Source of the DNA: a virus
Lineage: Duplodnaviria; Heunggongvirae; Uroviricota; Caudoviricetes
Direction: 5' to 3' (one strand)
Virus record (IMG/VR): IMGVR_UViG_3300032007_000002
Length of the DNA: 64,000 bases
The stretch's first letter is position 1. Each line of letters opens with the position of its first letter. Positions 28,299 to 36,319 of the stretch are shown here, in pieces. The position numbers were made by a program, and so were the translations under genes. Under the pieces are notes generated by a model. The model had not been told where the DNA came from and did not search any database. It saw only the letters and a list, made by a program, of their open reading frames with translations.

Positions 28299-28868
28299 CT
28301 ACGGTGTTCCGTAAACTAGCATGACCCGCTTCATTTCCGGGTTCACCTTGATGCCGGTCACTTCGCACGGCAGATTGATGCCGCCGATGGTGACGCCGAT
28401 GTGGTAATCGTCCGGGATGCTGGCCAGAAGGCGTTTCATCTCGGCCACGCTATGCAGCTCGACGGTGACGTTCTCGGCGAGACGTTCGAGTTCCAGCTTT
28501 TCCGTCTTCGGGTTGTAGGTGACGCGGTACTTGGTGAACGCGTCCGTTTCCATGCTGATATATACCTCGAAGTCGGGGTGCAGGAACCCCTCGAAGGTAT
28601 TTTCCTCGAATACGAGGACCAGGTAAACGCTCGACTTGTTGACATCGCTGAACTTGCGGATGAGCTTCGCGTGGAAATGCCCGATATGGTAGCCCTGTGC
28701 GCGTGGGTCGTCCGGCGGGAACCCGTCCATGTCCTGCGTCCAGTTGAGCTCGGGAATATTCGTGGTCTTGTCTACCTGCCTGTTGAGCAGTGCCGGGATG
28801 AACTCGAAGTTGATGTTCTTTGCCGCCTGCGCGACATATTCAGCGTGCATTTCTTCTGTAGATGCCAT
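28299..28868 (-). CDS. hypothetical protein
   Basis: Start MASTEEMH; trimmed from track ORF 28299..29003. Confidence 0.45.
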   Translation of the reverse strand: MASTEEMHAEYVAQAAKNINFEFIPALLNRQVDKTTNIPELNWTQDMDGFPPDDPRAQGYHIGHFHAKLIRKFSDVNKSSVYLVLVFEENTFEGFLHPDFEVYISMETDAFTKYRVTYNPKTEKLELERLAENVTVELHSVAEMKRLLASIPDDYHIGVTIGGINLPCEVTGIKVNPEMKRVMLVYGTP

Positions 28869-28870
28869 GT

Positions 28871-29422
28871 TTATCTCTCCACTCGTGTGTAACGGTTGAT
28901 ATATTTGACAATGCGCCCAATCGCCGGGTCGGAAGACGGGAGCCATGCTCTCAGCCGGGCTGCCGCCTGTGCGCCAGTCCCCGTGTCGACCATGATGTTC
29001 CATCCGCGTTTGCCGTCCTTAGTCGAGAAGATCGCCCGCAGGCCCAGCGGCGCTGCGGCCCCGGGGCGGGTCCTGTTAATCTCGAACTCGTCCTTGGTAT
29101 AGAACATGATTTTCGGGGGGCACACCGCACTGAAGCCGGATCGTGTCTGGTCCTCGTCAACGGCGATGCGGTCAAGGAGTTCCCCGGCCAGCTTGGACAC
29201 CTGGCTCGCGATGCGGGTTACCGCGCCGAGGCCTTCCATGTAATGGATGGACCCCTGGAGGGACTCGTAGTAGCCGTTGATGGTCCGGTTGGCCTTTTGC
29301 ATGATTTCGAGTTCCTCGACCGCATACAGCGGGGTCGGGAATACGCACCAGGCGCCCCTTTTCTGGGTGACGCAGAACTCCCGCCCGTGGTTGGTGACAA
29401 TGATGCTGCCGTGAGGTTCCAT
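28871..29422 (-). CDS. hypothetical protein
   Basis: ORF track. Confidence 0.5.
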   Translation of the reverse strand: MEPHGSIIVTNHGREFCVTQKRGAWCVFPTPLYAVEELEIMQKANRTINGYYESLQGSIHYMEGLGAVTRIASQVSKLAGELLDRIAVDEDQTRSGFSAVCPPKIMFYTKDEFEINRTRPGAAAPLGLRAIFSTKDGKRGWNIMVDTGTGAQAAARLRAWLPSSDPAIGRIVKYINRYTRVER

Positions 29423-29425
29423 ATT

Positions 29426-30235
29426 TCAGCAGGCCTTCGGCTCGAGCAACAGTGCGCATTCGCCGTAGTTAAGTGTAAAGCTGTCGTTGTCATCATCGTT
29501 TTCCATATCCGTAGTGCGGAGGACGACATGCGGAACACCGTCAGAACCACCTTTAATTTTTTTCACTACGCACTCACAATCACCACAGATGCACCGCCCT
29601 TTCTCGTCGAGATAGATATTGTTTTCGTCGCTGGTGATTGTATAGCCATGGACGGTAGTGGACCCTTCGCCCACCATGAGAACACTACGAACATTTTCAA
29701 GGCGTAGGATGAACTTGTCGCCTATCGAGCACTTAAACTCGGGCTGGCTGCTGTCCATCCATGCGCGATGAATTAGGATGCTGGCAACCTCTTCGGGCGT
29801 TGCCTCACGGATTGGCCAGAGTACATCTGCATTGACGATAGGGACCCTGATGTCCTTCGCCGCATATTCGTGGAAAACTGATTCATACCCGATGAACGGA
29901 TTAAATTCGCGAGTAGTATATGCGCATTCGGCATCAATCTTGATTACCCCCGGTCTGTAGTTGGCATCAACCCCAACATATACCCGGCTTACCTGGGCGA
30001 AGTCCGCATCGCCCTTCAAGGCAATCCACTTGCCCGCGAGCTTTTCGTTCATTGCCTTCGCCATGCTCGCGACAATCTTGTTGTCGATACTGGTTGCCCG
30101 CATGGCATAGGTTCTGCGACGGCTGTCAACCTCGGCTTCGAGCGATTTGGTCTCGCGCTCGAAATCTTCGAGGTCTTCCCGCATCGACTTAATTTCCGGC
30201 GTGATCGCGTCACGCAAATAATCGTAAATATCCAT
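29426..30235 (-). CDS. hypothetical protein
   Basis: ORF track; motif at 30239-30253 abuts the start. Confidence 0.55.
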   Translation of the reverse strand: MDIYDYLRDAITPEIKSMREDLEDFERETKSLEAEVDSRRRTYAMRATSIDNKIVASMAKAMNEKLAGKWIALKGDADFAQVSRVYVGVDANYRPGVIKIDAECAYTTREFNPFIGYESVFHEYAAKDIRVPIVNADVLWPIREATPEEVASILIHRAWMDSSQPEFKCSIGDKFILRLENVRSVLMVGEGSTTVHGYTITSDENNIYLDEKGRCICGDCECVVKKIKGGSDGVPHVVLRTTDMENDDDNDSFTLNYGECALLLEPKAC

Positions 30236-30238
30236 ATC

Positions 30239-30274
30239 TGAAATATAGCAAAATACGCGGATTTGCTATATTTC
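30239..30274. promoter_or_regulatory. divergent pair of promoter-like motifs
   Basis: tgaaatatagcaaaa (minus gene) and atttgctatatttc immediately followed by ATG 30275 (plus gene). Confidence 0.55.
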
Positions 30275-31108
30275 ATGGCGGAGGTTTTTACCATGATAGA
30301 ACACCAGCTCAAATTTTTCGCCCCGCTCACGTTCACCCGCGACTCCGACGACTTTGAAATCGACCCGCCCCACTGGAAACTGCTCGAAATAATCGAGGAG
30401 CTCGAATGCGACAAGGAAGTCCTCGCGTTCGCCTGCGCACCCTCGCTCGCCGACAGCCTCCACGAGGGGGACACCAGCAAGGGAAACGTAATCAGGGAAA
30501 TCACGACCCATGTCAGCGCCCGCAACAAAAAGCTCTACGTATGCTTCACCGTCACCGCGGACAAGATGGCGAACTTCTACCAGTTCACCCAGGAAGTCGT
30601 AGACTACCTCGACGGGCAGATTTCGGACGGGTGGGGAGAGAACTTCTTCCCGGACGTCGAGATTGACCGCGAGGACCACACCATCCGCGTCAGGCACATC
30701 GAGTTCGTCGAAATCCCGGGCATCGCGTTCGACACGAAGGGGAAATACCGCGACTGCGTCCGCTATATCGTCAACGACACCAACTGCGAGATCGACGACC
30801 CCTACGAAGGCAAGCTGAAGGACCTCGGCTTCCTCTACGGCGACCACGACACCAACAACATCCTCGGGGAAATGCAGACTGTATGGAAAGCCGCTTCCAA
30901 GGACAGCAAGTATGCAGTGGACGCCTTCGACCGGGTCCTGGAAAGGTTCAATTCCCCGTTCAGGCACTACGAGACGGTGACTCCCGATTTCATCCGCGCG
31001 TTGGTCAAGTTCATGAAGCCCAAGGGCTGCGAACGCTACCCAATCGACGACAAGAAACAGAAGCTGCTCGACAAGTACGAGGAAAAGTTCATCAAACGCG
31101 TCAAATAA
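30275..31108 (+). CDS. hypothetical protein
   Basis: Track ORF 30263..31108 begins MLYF, which is the translated motif; first ATG is 30275. Confidence 0.55.
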   Translation: MAEVFTMIEHQLKFFAPLTFTRDSDDFEIDPPHWKLLEIIEELECDKEVLAFACAPSLADSLHEGDTSKGNVIREITTHVSARNKKLYVCFTVTADKMANFYQFTQEVVDYLDGQISDGWGENFFPDVEIDREDHTIRVRHIEFVEIPGIAFDTKGKYRDCVRYIVNDTNCEIDDPYEGKLKDLGFLYGDHDTNNILGEMQTVWKAASKDSKYAVDAFDRVLERFNSPFRHYETVTPDFIRALVKFMKPKGCERYPIDDKKQKLLDKYEEKFIKRVK

Positions 31109-31112
31109 CATG

Positions 31113-31145
31113 AAAGCCCCGGCGGAAGCCGGGGCTTGTTGTTTC
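31113..31145. terminator. bidirectional rho-independent terminator
   Basis: aaagccccggcggaagccggggcttgttgtttctctc between convergent genes. Confidence 0.65.
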
Positions 31146-31164
31146 TCTCTCTATCGGATAAGTC

Positions 31165-31476
31165 CTACCAGATGCTTTCGCAGGCGAACGTGAACTGCTT
31201 CTGCGAGAACTCCCCGTTGCGCTTGGGAATGTAGAGGGACTGGCCGTCCTTCACGAGGTACATGTTCTCGCAGCGCCACTGCACGCCGCTACCGAACCAG
31301 TCGGTTTCGTAATGGCAGTCGCCGTTGGTAATTTCGCCCTTGCCGGTGCCCTTCTGGGTGAAGTGGAGGGTGGTGTCGTTCGTGGCGATGTTGACCACGA
31401 CGAAATCGGCACAATGGTCTCCGGCAAATGCCGATGCCGCGACTAGCGCACAGATGATAATGGTATTCTTAAGCAT
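31165..31476 (-). CDS. small secreted protein
   Basis: MLKNTIIICALVAASAFAGDH signal peptide; AGGAGAGAACC SD; trimmed from track ORF 31165..31653. Confidence 0.5.
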   Translation of the reverse strand: MLKNTIIICALVAASAFAGDHCADFVVVNIATNDTTLHFTQKGTGKGEITNGDCHYETDWFGSGVQWRCENMYLVKDGQSLYIPKRNGEFSQKQFTFACESIW

Positions 31477-31895
31477 GGTTCTCTCCTTGCTATCTTTTGC
31501 CGCATGGCGGCCTTTAAACGTTTCTTTTCGATTGCGCGGATCGGGCGGATGCGGTCCCCGGCGAGGATTACCACGTTGCCTTCGAGCACCGTCCTGGTAA
31601 CGTCCTGCACTTCCCTGCCGTCTTCCTGGCGGGGGACGCCGTACTTGAAGCACACCATCTTGCCCTTGGTAAGGATTTCGAGCGTCCCTCGCGGGGAGAG
31701 GACGCGTTCGCGCAACGGTTTCAGGGAGTCAAGCAACTCCTTGACCGACGTCATCGGACCCGGGTCGGGCCAGAAGGTAGCCTTCATTTCGCCCTTCTCG
31801 ACCAGGAACTCGACCTTTTCCGCGACTTCCCCCTCGCCGGTCCACTTGATTTCGCCGGACTGCGTGTCCATGACGCCGGTATTTGACTTAAGCAT
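31443..31895 (-). CDS. hypothetical protein
   Basis: ORF track. Confidence 0.4.
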   Translation of the reverse strand: MLKSNTGVMDTQSGEIKWTGEGEVAEKVEFLVEKGEMKATFWPDPGPMTSVKELLDSLKPLRERVLSPRGTLEILTKGKMVCFKYGVPRQEDGREVQDVTRTVLEGNVVILAGDRIRPIRAIEKKRLKAAMRQKIARREPCLRIPLSSVR

Positions 31896-32724
31896 GGCTG
31901 CCTCCTACGCAGGCCGCGTCGAACTTGTCGCTGAAATCCTTGCGGTGCTGGTCGAAACGGGCCTGCCATTCCCACACCATCTGGCGGACGTCGTGCGGGG
32001 CGACCGCCACGGCATCTTCGAGGCGGACCGGATATGCCATGTCGCACTTGTCGTCGAGGGAAAGGTAGGTGTCCTCCTTGTTCCGTTCGACAACGATTTC
32101 GAGTTCCACGCCATACTTTTCGCCGGTAACCTGGGCGAAGGTGTCGTTGTTGCAGGACACCACGTCCTTTACCTTGCCGTAGCAGTTGTCATGGAGCTTG
32201 ATCCACTTGCCGCCGAACTTCATCGCCATTTCGTCGGCAGCCGTCACGCCGTCGAGACCGCGGAGCTGTACCGCGAGCTTGCGGAGCTCTTCAATCTTGT
32301 CCAGGATGCTCTGGACAGTGATATTGTTGATGAAGCCGGCATCGCTTGCGACACGTTCCCTGCATGCGGACGGAAGCGCATAACGGATGACTTCTTCGTT
32401 CGCACCCCAGCCTTTGAGCGCTTCGCGAAGTCCGCGGAGCTTGGTGACGAGGTCGCGGGAGTCGTCCGGCTTTTCGAGCGCGATGCCGACCATGCGGTCA
32501 ACATAGTCATGGATTTCGAAGATTTCCATGTAGTGGCTCGGTGTCGGATACGGGGTGATGTCATTCTTCCAGTCAACCTTGCCCCGGAAAACTTCGATTG
32601 CAGCGAAGCCGAGCGGAGCGAGTTCCGCGTTGAGCTCGGAGAGGTTCTTTGCCGGGACGCGGCGGATATGTTCCATGATGGTGTCAGGAACCTTTTCGTT
32701 GTGCTTTAGAAGCTGAATATCCAT
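31888..32724 (-). CDS. hypothetical protein
   Basis: ORF track. Confidence 0.5.
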   Translation of the reverse strand: MDIQLLKHNEKVPDTIMEHIRRVPAKNLSELNAELAPLGFAAIEVFRGKVDWKNDITPYPTPSHYMEIFEIHDYVDRMVGIALEKPDDSRDLVTKLRGLREALKGWGANEEVIRYALPSACRERVASDAGFINNITVQSILDKIEELRKLAVQLRGLDGVTAADEMAMKFGGKWIKLHDNCYGKVKDVVSCNNDTFAQVTGEKYGVELEIVVERNKEDTYLSLDDKCDMAYPVRLEDAVAVAPHDVRQMVWEWQARFDQHRKDFSDKFDAACVGGSHA

Positions 32725-32773
32725 TTTGTTATCCTTTGCTGCCTTGCCGGACAGCCCGTTAGAGAGTTAATAG

Positions 32774-33268
32774 TTATTTCTTGCTCAGCCGCGTTCCCTT
32801 GAACTTGCAGGGATGGCCCGGCTTGACATTGGGAATCCCGAGACGGTGGGCCTTCTGCGACACCGCCGAGACGCTGATTCCGAACAGTTTTCCGATCTCG
32901 GTATAGCTCATCCCGTCGGCAATGTATTTCAGGAAGCGCTTCTCCTTTATGGTGGTCCACGTATCCTGCCTGGAAGTATCGAACCCCGCCTTGTGCAAGG
33001 CCCGCTGGAACGTCTTGGGCGCGACATGGTACTCGACTGCGAGGCCGCGCAGCGTCCCCTCCCCGTTGCGGTACCGGTCCACCATCTCGGCAAGGACTTC
33101 GGGCGTCCCGTTGGTCTTGGTCGGCTCGCCGGTGTAGCCCAGAATCTTTCGGATCACTCCGATGTCGATACGGTGGATTTCCGGGTATGGCGCCAGCGCG
33201 GCCTTTACCTGCTTGGGAGTCCCGCGGAACAGCGGGAGGATGGAGATGAACTGTTCTTCGGTCATTAT
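32774..33268 (-). CDS. DNA-binding protein with two helix-turn-helix motifs (sigma-70 region-4/LuxR-like C-terminal HTH)
   Basis: GMSYTEIGKLFGISVSAVSQKAHRLGI; start MTEEQF chosen within overlapping track ORFs. Confidence 0.45.
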   Translation of the reverse strand: MMTEEQFISILPLFRGTPKQVKAALAPYPEIHRIDIGVIRKILGYTGEPTKTNGTPEVLAEMVDRYRNGEGTLRGLAVEYHVAPKTFQRALHKAGFDTSRQDTWTTIKEKRFLKYIADGMSYTEIGKLFGISVSAVSQKAHRLGIPNVKPGHPCKFKGTRLSKK

Positions 33269-34104
33269 ACAGGGTTGTCGATGTCGATGAATTCCGCGGT
33301 GACGCCTTTGAAACGGTCGTCCGCCATGCCCTCGAACTGGCCGGCGCCCATGATGTAGTCGGCGAGGAACTGGACACAGAAGATTTCGGAACGGTGGTGG
33401 CCGGCGTAGATGATCGCCATGCCGTGCTCTTCGGCGTAGATCGGCATGGATTCGCGGATTTCTCCGGTGACAAGCACGTCGGCGCCGAGCATTTGGGCCT
33501 CTTCGAGGCCGGACGGGCCGCAGCTGCCGGAGCATACGGCGAACTTCTTGTCGACGGACGGGTCGAGCAGGCGCTGGATGGTTTCCGGGTCGCCCGCCAC
33601 GTTCCAGCCGTTCGGGAACACGTTGTCGATCGTCTCCTTTGCCGGGCAGCCGTCGAACATGACACCGATGCCGTCAAGGAACGTAGTGAAACTCAGGCGT
33701 CTCTGCGGATCCTCGCACTGGATGAGACGGCCGATGGTAAAGTTGTTGCCCACCAGGAAATGTCGGTCGAGGTGGAGGTGGTAGCCGTAGAGGCTGATGC
33801 CGTTCTGGATGAGGAGGCGCATGTATTCGCCGTGGGTACCGATGAGGCGCTTGTCCTTCTCGGATTTCCAGAAGCCGTTCGGGTGATGGACGATGATTGC
33901 GTCGGCCTTCTGTTCGATTGCGCGGAGGATGAGTTCCTTGCGGAGGCTGACGCCGGTGACGACATGCCTGATTTCGGCATCCGGGTCGCCCTTTGCGTCA
34001 ACGAGGAGGCCGGTATGGCAGTAGTCTTCGAGGGGTTTCTTGTCGGACGAACCTTCGTGCACGACAAAACAGTCAAGTAGTCTGGTAAATTCGGATTGCT
34101 TCAT
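33265..34104 (-). CDS. Nif3-like dinuclear metal centre protein (YqfO/YbgI family)
   Basis: AIIVHHPNGFW and IIYAGHHRSE signature pairs; ~279 aa; motif abuts the ATG. Confidence 0.7.
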   Translation of the reverse strand: MKQSEFTRLLDCFVVHEGSSDKKPLEDYCHTGLLVDAKGDPDAEIRHVVTGVSLRKELILRAIEQKADAIIVHHPNGFWKSEKDKRLIGTHGEYMRLLIQNGISLYGYHLHLDRHFLVGNNFTIGRLIQCEDPQRRLSFTTFLDGIGVMFDGCPAKETIDNVFPNGWNVAGDPETIQRLLDPSVDKKFAVCSGSCGPSGLEEAQMLGADVLVTGEIRESMPIYAEEHGMAIIYAGHHRSEIFCVQFLADYIMGAGQFEGMADDRFKGVTAEFIDIDNPV

Positions 34105-34107
34105 GCC

Positions 34108-34122
34108 TGAAATATAGCAAAA
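34108..34122 (-). promoter_or_regulatory. conserved phage promoter-like motif
   Basis: tgaaatatagcaaaa 4 nt from the minus-strand ATG at 34104. Confidence 0.55.
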
Positions 34123-34128
34123 AGCGAG

Positions 34129-34200
34129 AGCCGGGTGCAGGGCTCGAACCTGCGACCTGAGCTTTACGAAAGCCCTGCTCTACCGCTGAGCTAACCCGGC
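34129..34200 (-). tRNA. tRNA-Thr (anticodon CGT)
   Basis: Manual fold: acceptor GCCGGGT/ACCCGGC, D GCTC/GAGC, anticodon loop TTCGTAA, T-loop TTCGAGC. Confidence 0.7.
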
Positions 34201-34203
34201 ATA

Positions 34204-34276
34204 AGCCGTCGGCCGGCATCGAACCAGCGACCGGCGCATTACAGGTGCGCTGCTCTACCAACTGAGCTACGACGGC
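34204..34276 (-). tRNA. tRNA-Thr (anticodon TGT), unusual C at position 33
   Basis: Manual fold: acceptor GCCGTCG/CGACGGC, anticodon stem GCGCA/TGCGC, loop CCTGTAA. Confidence 0.6.
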
Positions 34277-34279
34277 ATA

Positions 34280-34352
34280 TCGGGGTAGCAGGGCTCGAAC
34301 CTGCGACATCCTGCTCCCAAAGCAGGCGCTCTACCATCTGAGCTACACCCCG
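34280..34352 (-). tRNA. tRNA-Pro (anticodon TGG)
   Basis: Manual fold: anticodon stem CCTGC/GCAGG, loop TTTGGGA, T-loop TTCGAGC. Confidence 0.7.
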
Positions 34353-34362
34353 GAAAGTCTAG

Positions 34363-34435
34363 TCGGCGTAGCTGGACTCGAACCAGCGACCCCATGCTCC
34401 CGAAGCATGTGCGCTACCAACTGCGCTATACGCCG
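34363..34435 (-). tRNA. tRNA-Pro (anticodon CGG)
   Basis: Manual fold: acceptor CGGCGTA/TACGCCG, anticodon stem CATGC/GCATG, loop TTCGGGA. Confidence 0.7.
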
Positions 34436-34444
34436 AAAAAATCG

Positions 34445-34518
34445 TGATGCCGGAATGAGTCGAACATTCGACCGGCCGTTTAGAAGACGGCTGCTCTGTC
34501 CAACTGAGCTACGGCACC
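34445..34518 (-). tRNA. tRNA-Arg (anticodon TCT)
   Basis: Manual fold: anticodon stem GCCGT/ACGGC, loop CTTCTAA, T-loop TTCGACT. Confidence 0.65.
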
Positions 34519-34522
34519 GTAG

Positions 34523-34596
34523 CGGGACCAGCGGGGCTCGAACCCGCGATTTCCGGCGTGACAAGCCGGCGTTCTAGCCAACTGAACTATGGCCCC
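34523..34596 (-). tRNA. tRNA-Asp (anticodon GTC)
   Basis: Manual fold: anticodon stem CCGGC/GCCGG, loop TTGTCAC, discriminator G. Confidence 0.7.
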
Positions 34597-34601
34597 AGTT
34601 A

Positions 34602-34674
34602 TACGGGCAGTGGGTCTCGAACCCACGACTCCCATATTAAAAGTATGGTACTCTACCATCTGAGTTATACCCGT
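34602..34674 (-). tRNA. tRNA-Lys (anticodon TTT)
   Basis: Manual fold: anticodon stem CCATA/TATGG, loop CTTTTAA, T-loop TTCGAGA. Confidence 0.7.
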
Positions 34675-34728
34675 GAATCAAATTCGCGAGGTATTACGTT
34701 TTCGTATGTTCATATTCGTACTCCTTAG

Positions 34729-34802
34729 TCGATACGGCTGGACTCGAACCAACAACTACCGCCTTATCAGAGCGGCGTGCTAACCAATTACACCACGCAT
34801 CG
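34729..34802 (-). tRNA. tRNA-Ile (anticodon GAT)
   Basis: Manual fold: anticodon stem CCGCT/GGCGG, loop CTGATAA, T-loop TTCGAGT. Confidence 0.65.
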
Positions 34803-34816
34803 AAGTTGATTGTTAG

Positions 34817-34889
34817 TCCCGGTGGCAGGGCTCGAACCTGCGACCAACCCCGTATGAAGGGGCCGCTCTACCAACTGAGCTACGCCGGA
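34817..34889 (-). tRNA. tRNA with CAT anticodon (Met, or Ile2/lysidine type)
   Basis: Manual fold: loop TTCATAC, T-loop TTCGAGC; acceptor stem has one C-A mismatch. Confidence 0.55.
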
Positions 34890-34896
34890 ATGTTAG

Positions 34897-34967
34897 TGCT
34901 CCTATCTGGACTCGAACCAGAACCCACGGATTAAGAGTCCGCTCGTCTACCATTAGCATATAGAAGC
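34897..34967 (-). tRNA. tRNA-Lys-like (anticodon CTT), weak D-stem
   Basis: Good acceptor, anticodon (GCGGA/TCCGT, loop CTCTTAA) and T arms; D-stem TGCT/GACG pairs poorly. Confidence 0.45.
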
Positions 34968-34974
34968 ATTTTAG

Positions 34975-35045
34975 AGCGCCTATCCGGGGTCGAACCGGAA
35001 CCAACTGCTTGGAGGGCAGTGATGCAGCCAATACACCATAGGCGC
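34975..35045 (-). tRNA. tRNA-Gly (anticodon TCC)
   Basis: Manual fold: anticodon stem ACTGC/GCAGT, loop CCTCCAA, T arm TCCGG-TTCGACC-CCGGA. Confidence 0.6.
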
Positions 35046-35054
35046 GTAATTTCG

Positions 35055-35127
35055 AGCATCTGGCCGGCTTCGATCCGGTGACCTCATCCATGGCAAGGAT
35101 GCGCTCTACCAACTGAGCTACAGATGC
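35055..35127 (-). tRNA. tRNA-Gly (anticodon GCC), atypical T-loop ATCGAAG
   Basis: Perfect acceptor GCATCTG/CAGATGC; anticodon stem CATCC/GGATG, loop TTGCCAT. Confidence 0.6.
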
Positions 35128-35131
35128 GTAA

Positions 35132-35203
35132 CAGCCCCCTGACGCTTCGAACGCCATCCTGCAGATTTGGAGTCTGCGATGCTACCAGTCACACCCGAGG
35201 GCT
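35132..35203 (-). tRNA. tRNA-Trp-like (anticodon CCA), G at position 8 and weak D-stem
   Basis: Anticodon stem GCAGA/TCTGC, loop CTCCAAA, T arm TGGCG-TTCGAAG-CGTCA, acceptor AGCCCTC/GGGGGCT. Confidence 0.45.
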
Positions 35204-35317
35204 AAGGGGTGGGACATGTGCTGACTGTCCCGGCGCCGGGAGGAGCGGGCGACATTACTCGAGTTGTCCGTCCGACGGCTCCCGGCGCTTACCAGCGAAT
35301 GCAGAAGGGGTCCCGGT

Positions 35318-35349
35318 GTTTTCACCGGGACCCCTTTCTTCTGCAGAAA
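35318..35349. repeat. perfect 14-bp-arm palindromic hairpin (aaggggtcccggtg-tttt-caccgggacccctt) just upstream of the tRNA array
   Basis: Seen directly; between the tRNA array and gene 35587..35781. Confidence 0.5.
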
Positions 35350-35586
35350 ACTGGGTACTTGGTCTACCGGTGAACACATTGAATTATTCCATCAATACCA
35401 TCGAAACCGCGGCCTGGTTTCATCCAGCCGGTGGGCTTCTTCGTAATGATTGTCGTAATTCTCTGGTTCATAAGTATTCCTTGTGACTATAAGTTTAGCA
35501 AATTTATTTCCGGCTGTAAAGGGGTTTTGACCACTTTTTGAAGAAATAAGAATTAAATAAGTTTTCTGTAAGCTCCATGTAAGAAA

Positions 35587-35781
35587 CTAACTGATTACGA
35601 TGTATTTCGGGCCCACATTCTCCCCGCGGTAGGCGTTATATTCCTGATCTACATCCACCCCGCTGATGGGCTCAAACGTATCATACAGCGCACCTTCCTC
35701 GCGCACGGCCCTGGCGACGTCGAAATCGCCATGCTTCTTAATCAGTTCCTGTATCTCGGCAACAAGTTCGGATCCTTTCAT
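35587..35781 (-). CDS. small hypothetical protein
   Basis: ORF track; AAGGAG SD; motif at 35797-35810 upstream. Confidence 0.4.
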   Translation of the reverse strand: MKGSELVAEIQELIKKHGDFDVARAVREEGALYDTFEPISGVDVDQEYNAYRGENVGPKYIVIS

Positions 35782-35796
35782 GATAACTCCTTTTGC

Positions 35797-35860
35797 TGAA
35801 ATATAGCAAATCTACTATATTTCGGTCAGAACACACCGGCTGGCCAGTTTGCTATATTTC
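35797..35860. promoter_or_regulatory. divergent promoter-like motif cluster (three copies)
   Basis: tgaaatatagcaaa (minus gene) plus tctactatatttcgg and tttgctatatttc 4 nt before ATG 35865 (plus gene). Confidence 0.55.
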
Positions 35861-35864
35861 AGTC

Positions 35865-36317
35865 ATGGAAAATAAAGAACTTATCGAAGAAATGCGCAAG
35901 GCCGAGAACAACATCTCCGAAATAGTCAGCTATTTCGAGGACAACTACCGCTCGGCACCTCCCTGCCAGACATACGTAGACGCCTCCAACGAAGCCGGCG
36001 AGGCGATCAAGAAACACCCTATCAAGTCGAACATCGTGGACAGTGACACCCTGCAACGCGCATGGTTCCTGCACTTCTACGCAAATAAGGCCACGGCGAT
36101 GGTCAAGGCCGAACTTGCCGAAAAGCACATCGTCAACAAGTTCGTCGAAGTCAGCGACGACGGAACGTTCTACGACCGCCGTCTCCGCTTCCTTACCGCG
36201 GCAGGCCTGTTCTTCCAGAACCTCGTGAACTTCTGGGCCCGTGAAGAAATCGAACGCGGCATACGCGAGGACGAGGCCCGCCGCAACGCGGCATGCGCCC
36301 CGCAAGCGCAGGGATAG
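35865..36317 (+). CDS. hypothetical protein
   Basis: Track ORF 35793..36317 trimmed to MENKEL. Confidence 0.5.
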   Translation: MENKELIEEMRKAENNISEIVSYFEDNYRSAPPCQTYVDASNEAGEAIKKHPIKSNIVDSDTLQRAWFLHFYANKATAMVKAELAEKHIVNKFVEVSDDGTFYDRRLRFLTAAGLFFQNLVNFWAREEIERGIREDEARRNAACAPQAQG

Positions 36318-36319
36318 GC

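Noticed and set aside
31504-32709. 401-aa plus-strand ORF
   Set aside because: Antisense to three minus-strand genes with good Shine-Dalgarno sequences and coupling.
32706-33677. 323-aa minus-strand ORF overlapping the HTH gene and Nif3 gene
   Set aside because: Ser/Thr/Arg/Pro-rich low complexity; overlaps two genes with recognisable motifs in other frames.
34100-35210. CRISPR array check in the repetitive-looking tRNA region
   Set aside because: Repeats are tRNA structural similarity (shared GCTCAGTTGGTAGAGC and GGTTCGAGCC segments), not fixed-length direct repeats with unique spacers; no cas genes.
35124-35486. 120-aa ORF overlapping tRNA-Gly/Trp and the palindromic hairpin
   Set aside because: Overlaps well-folded tRNAs; Arg/Gly/Ser-rich; most likely non-coding.
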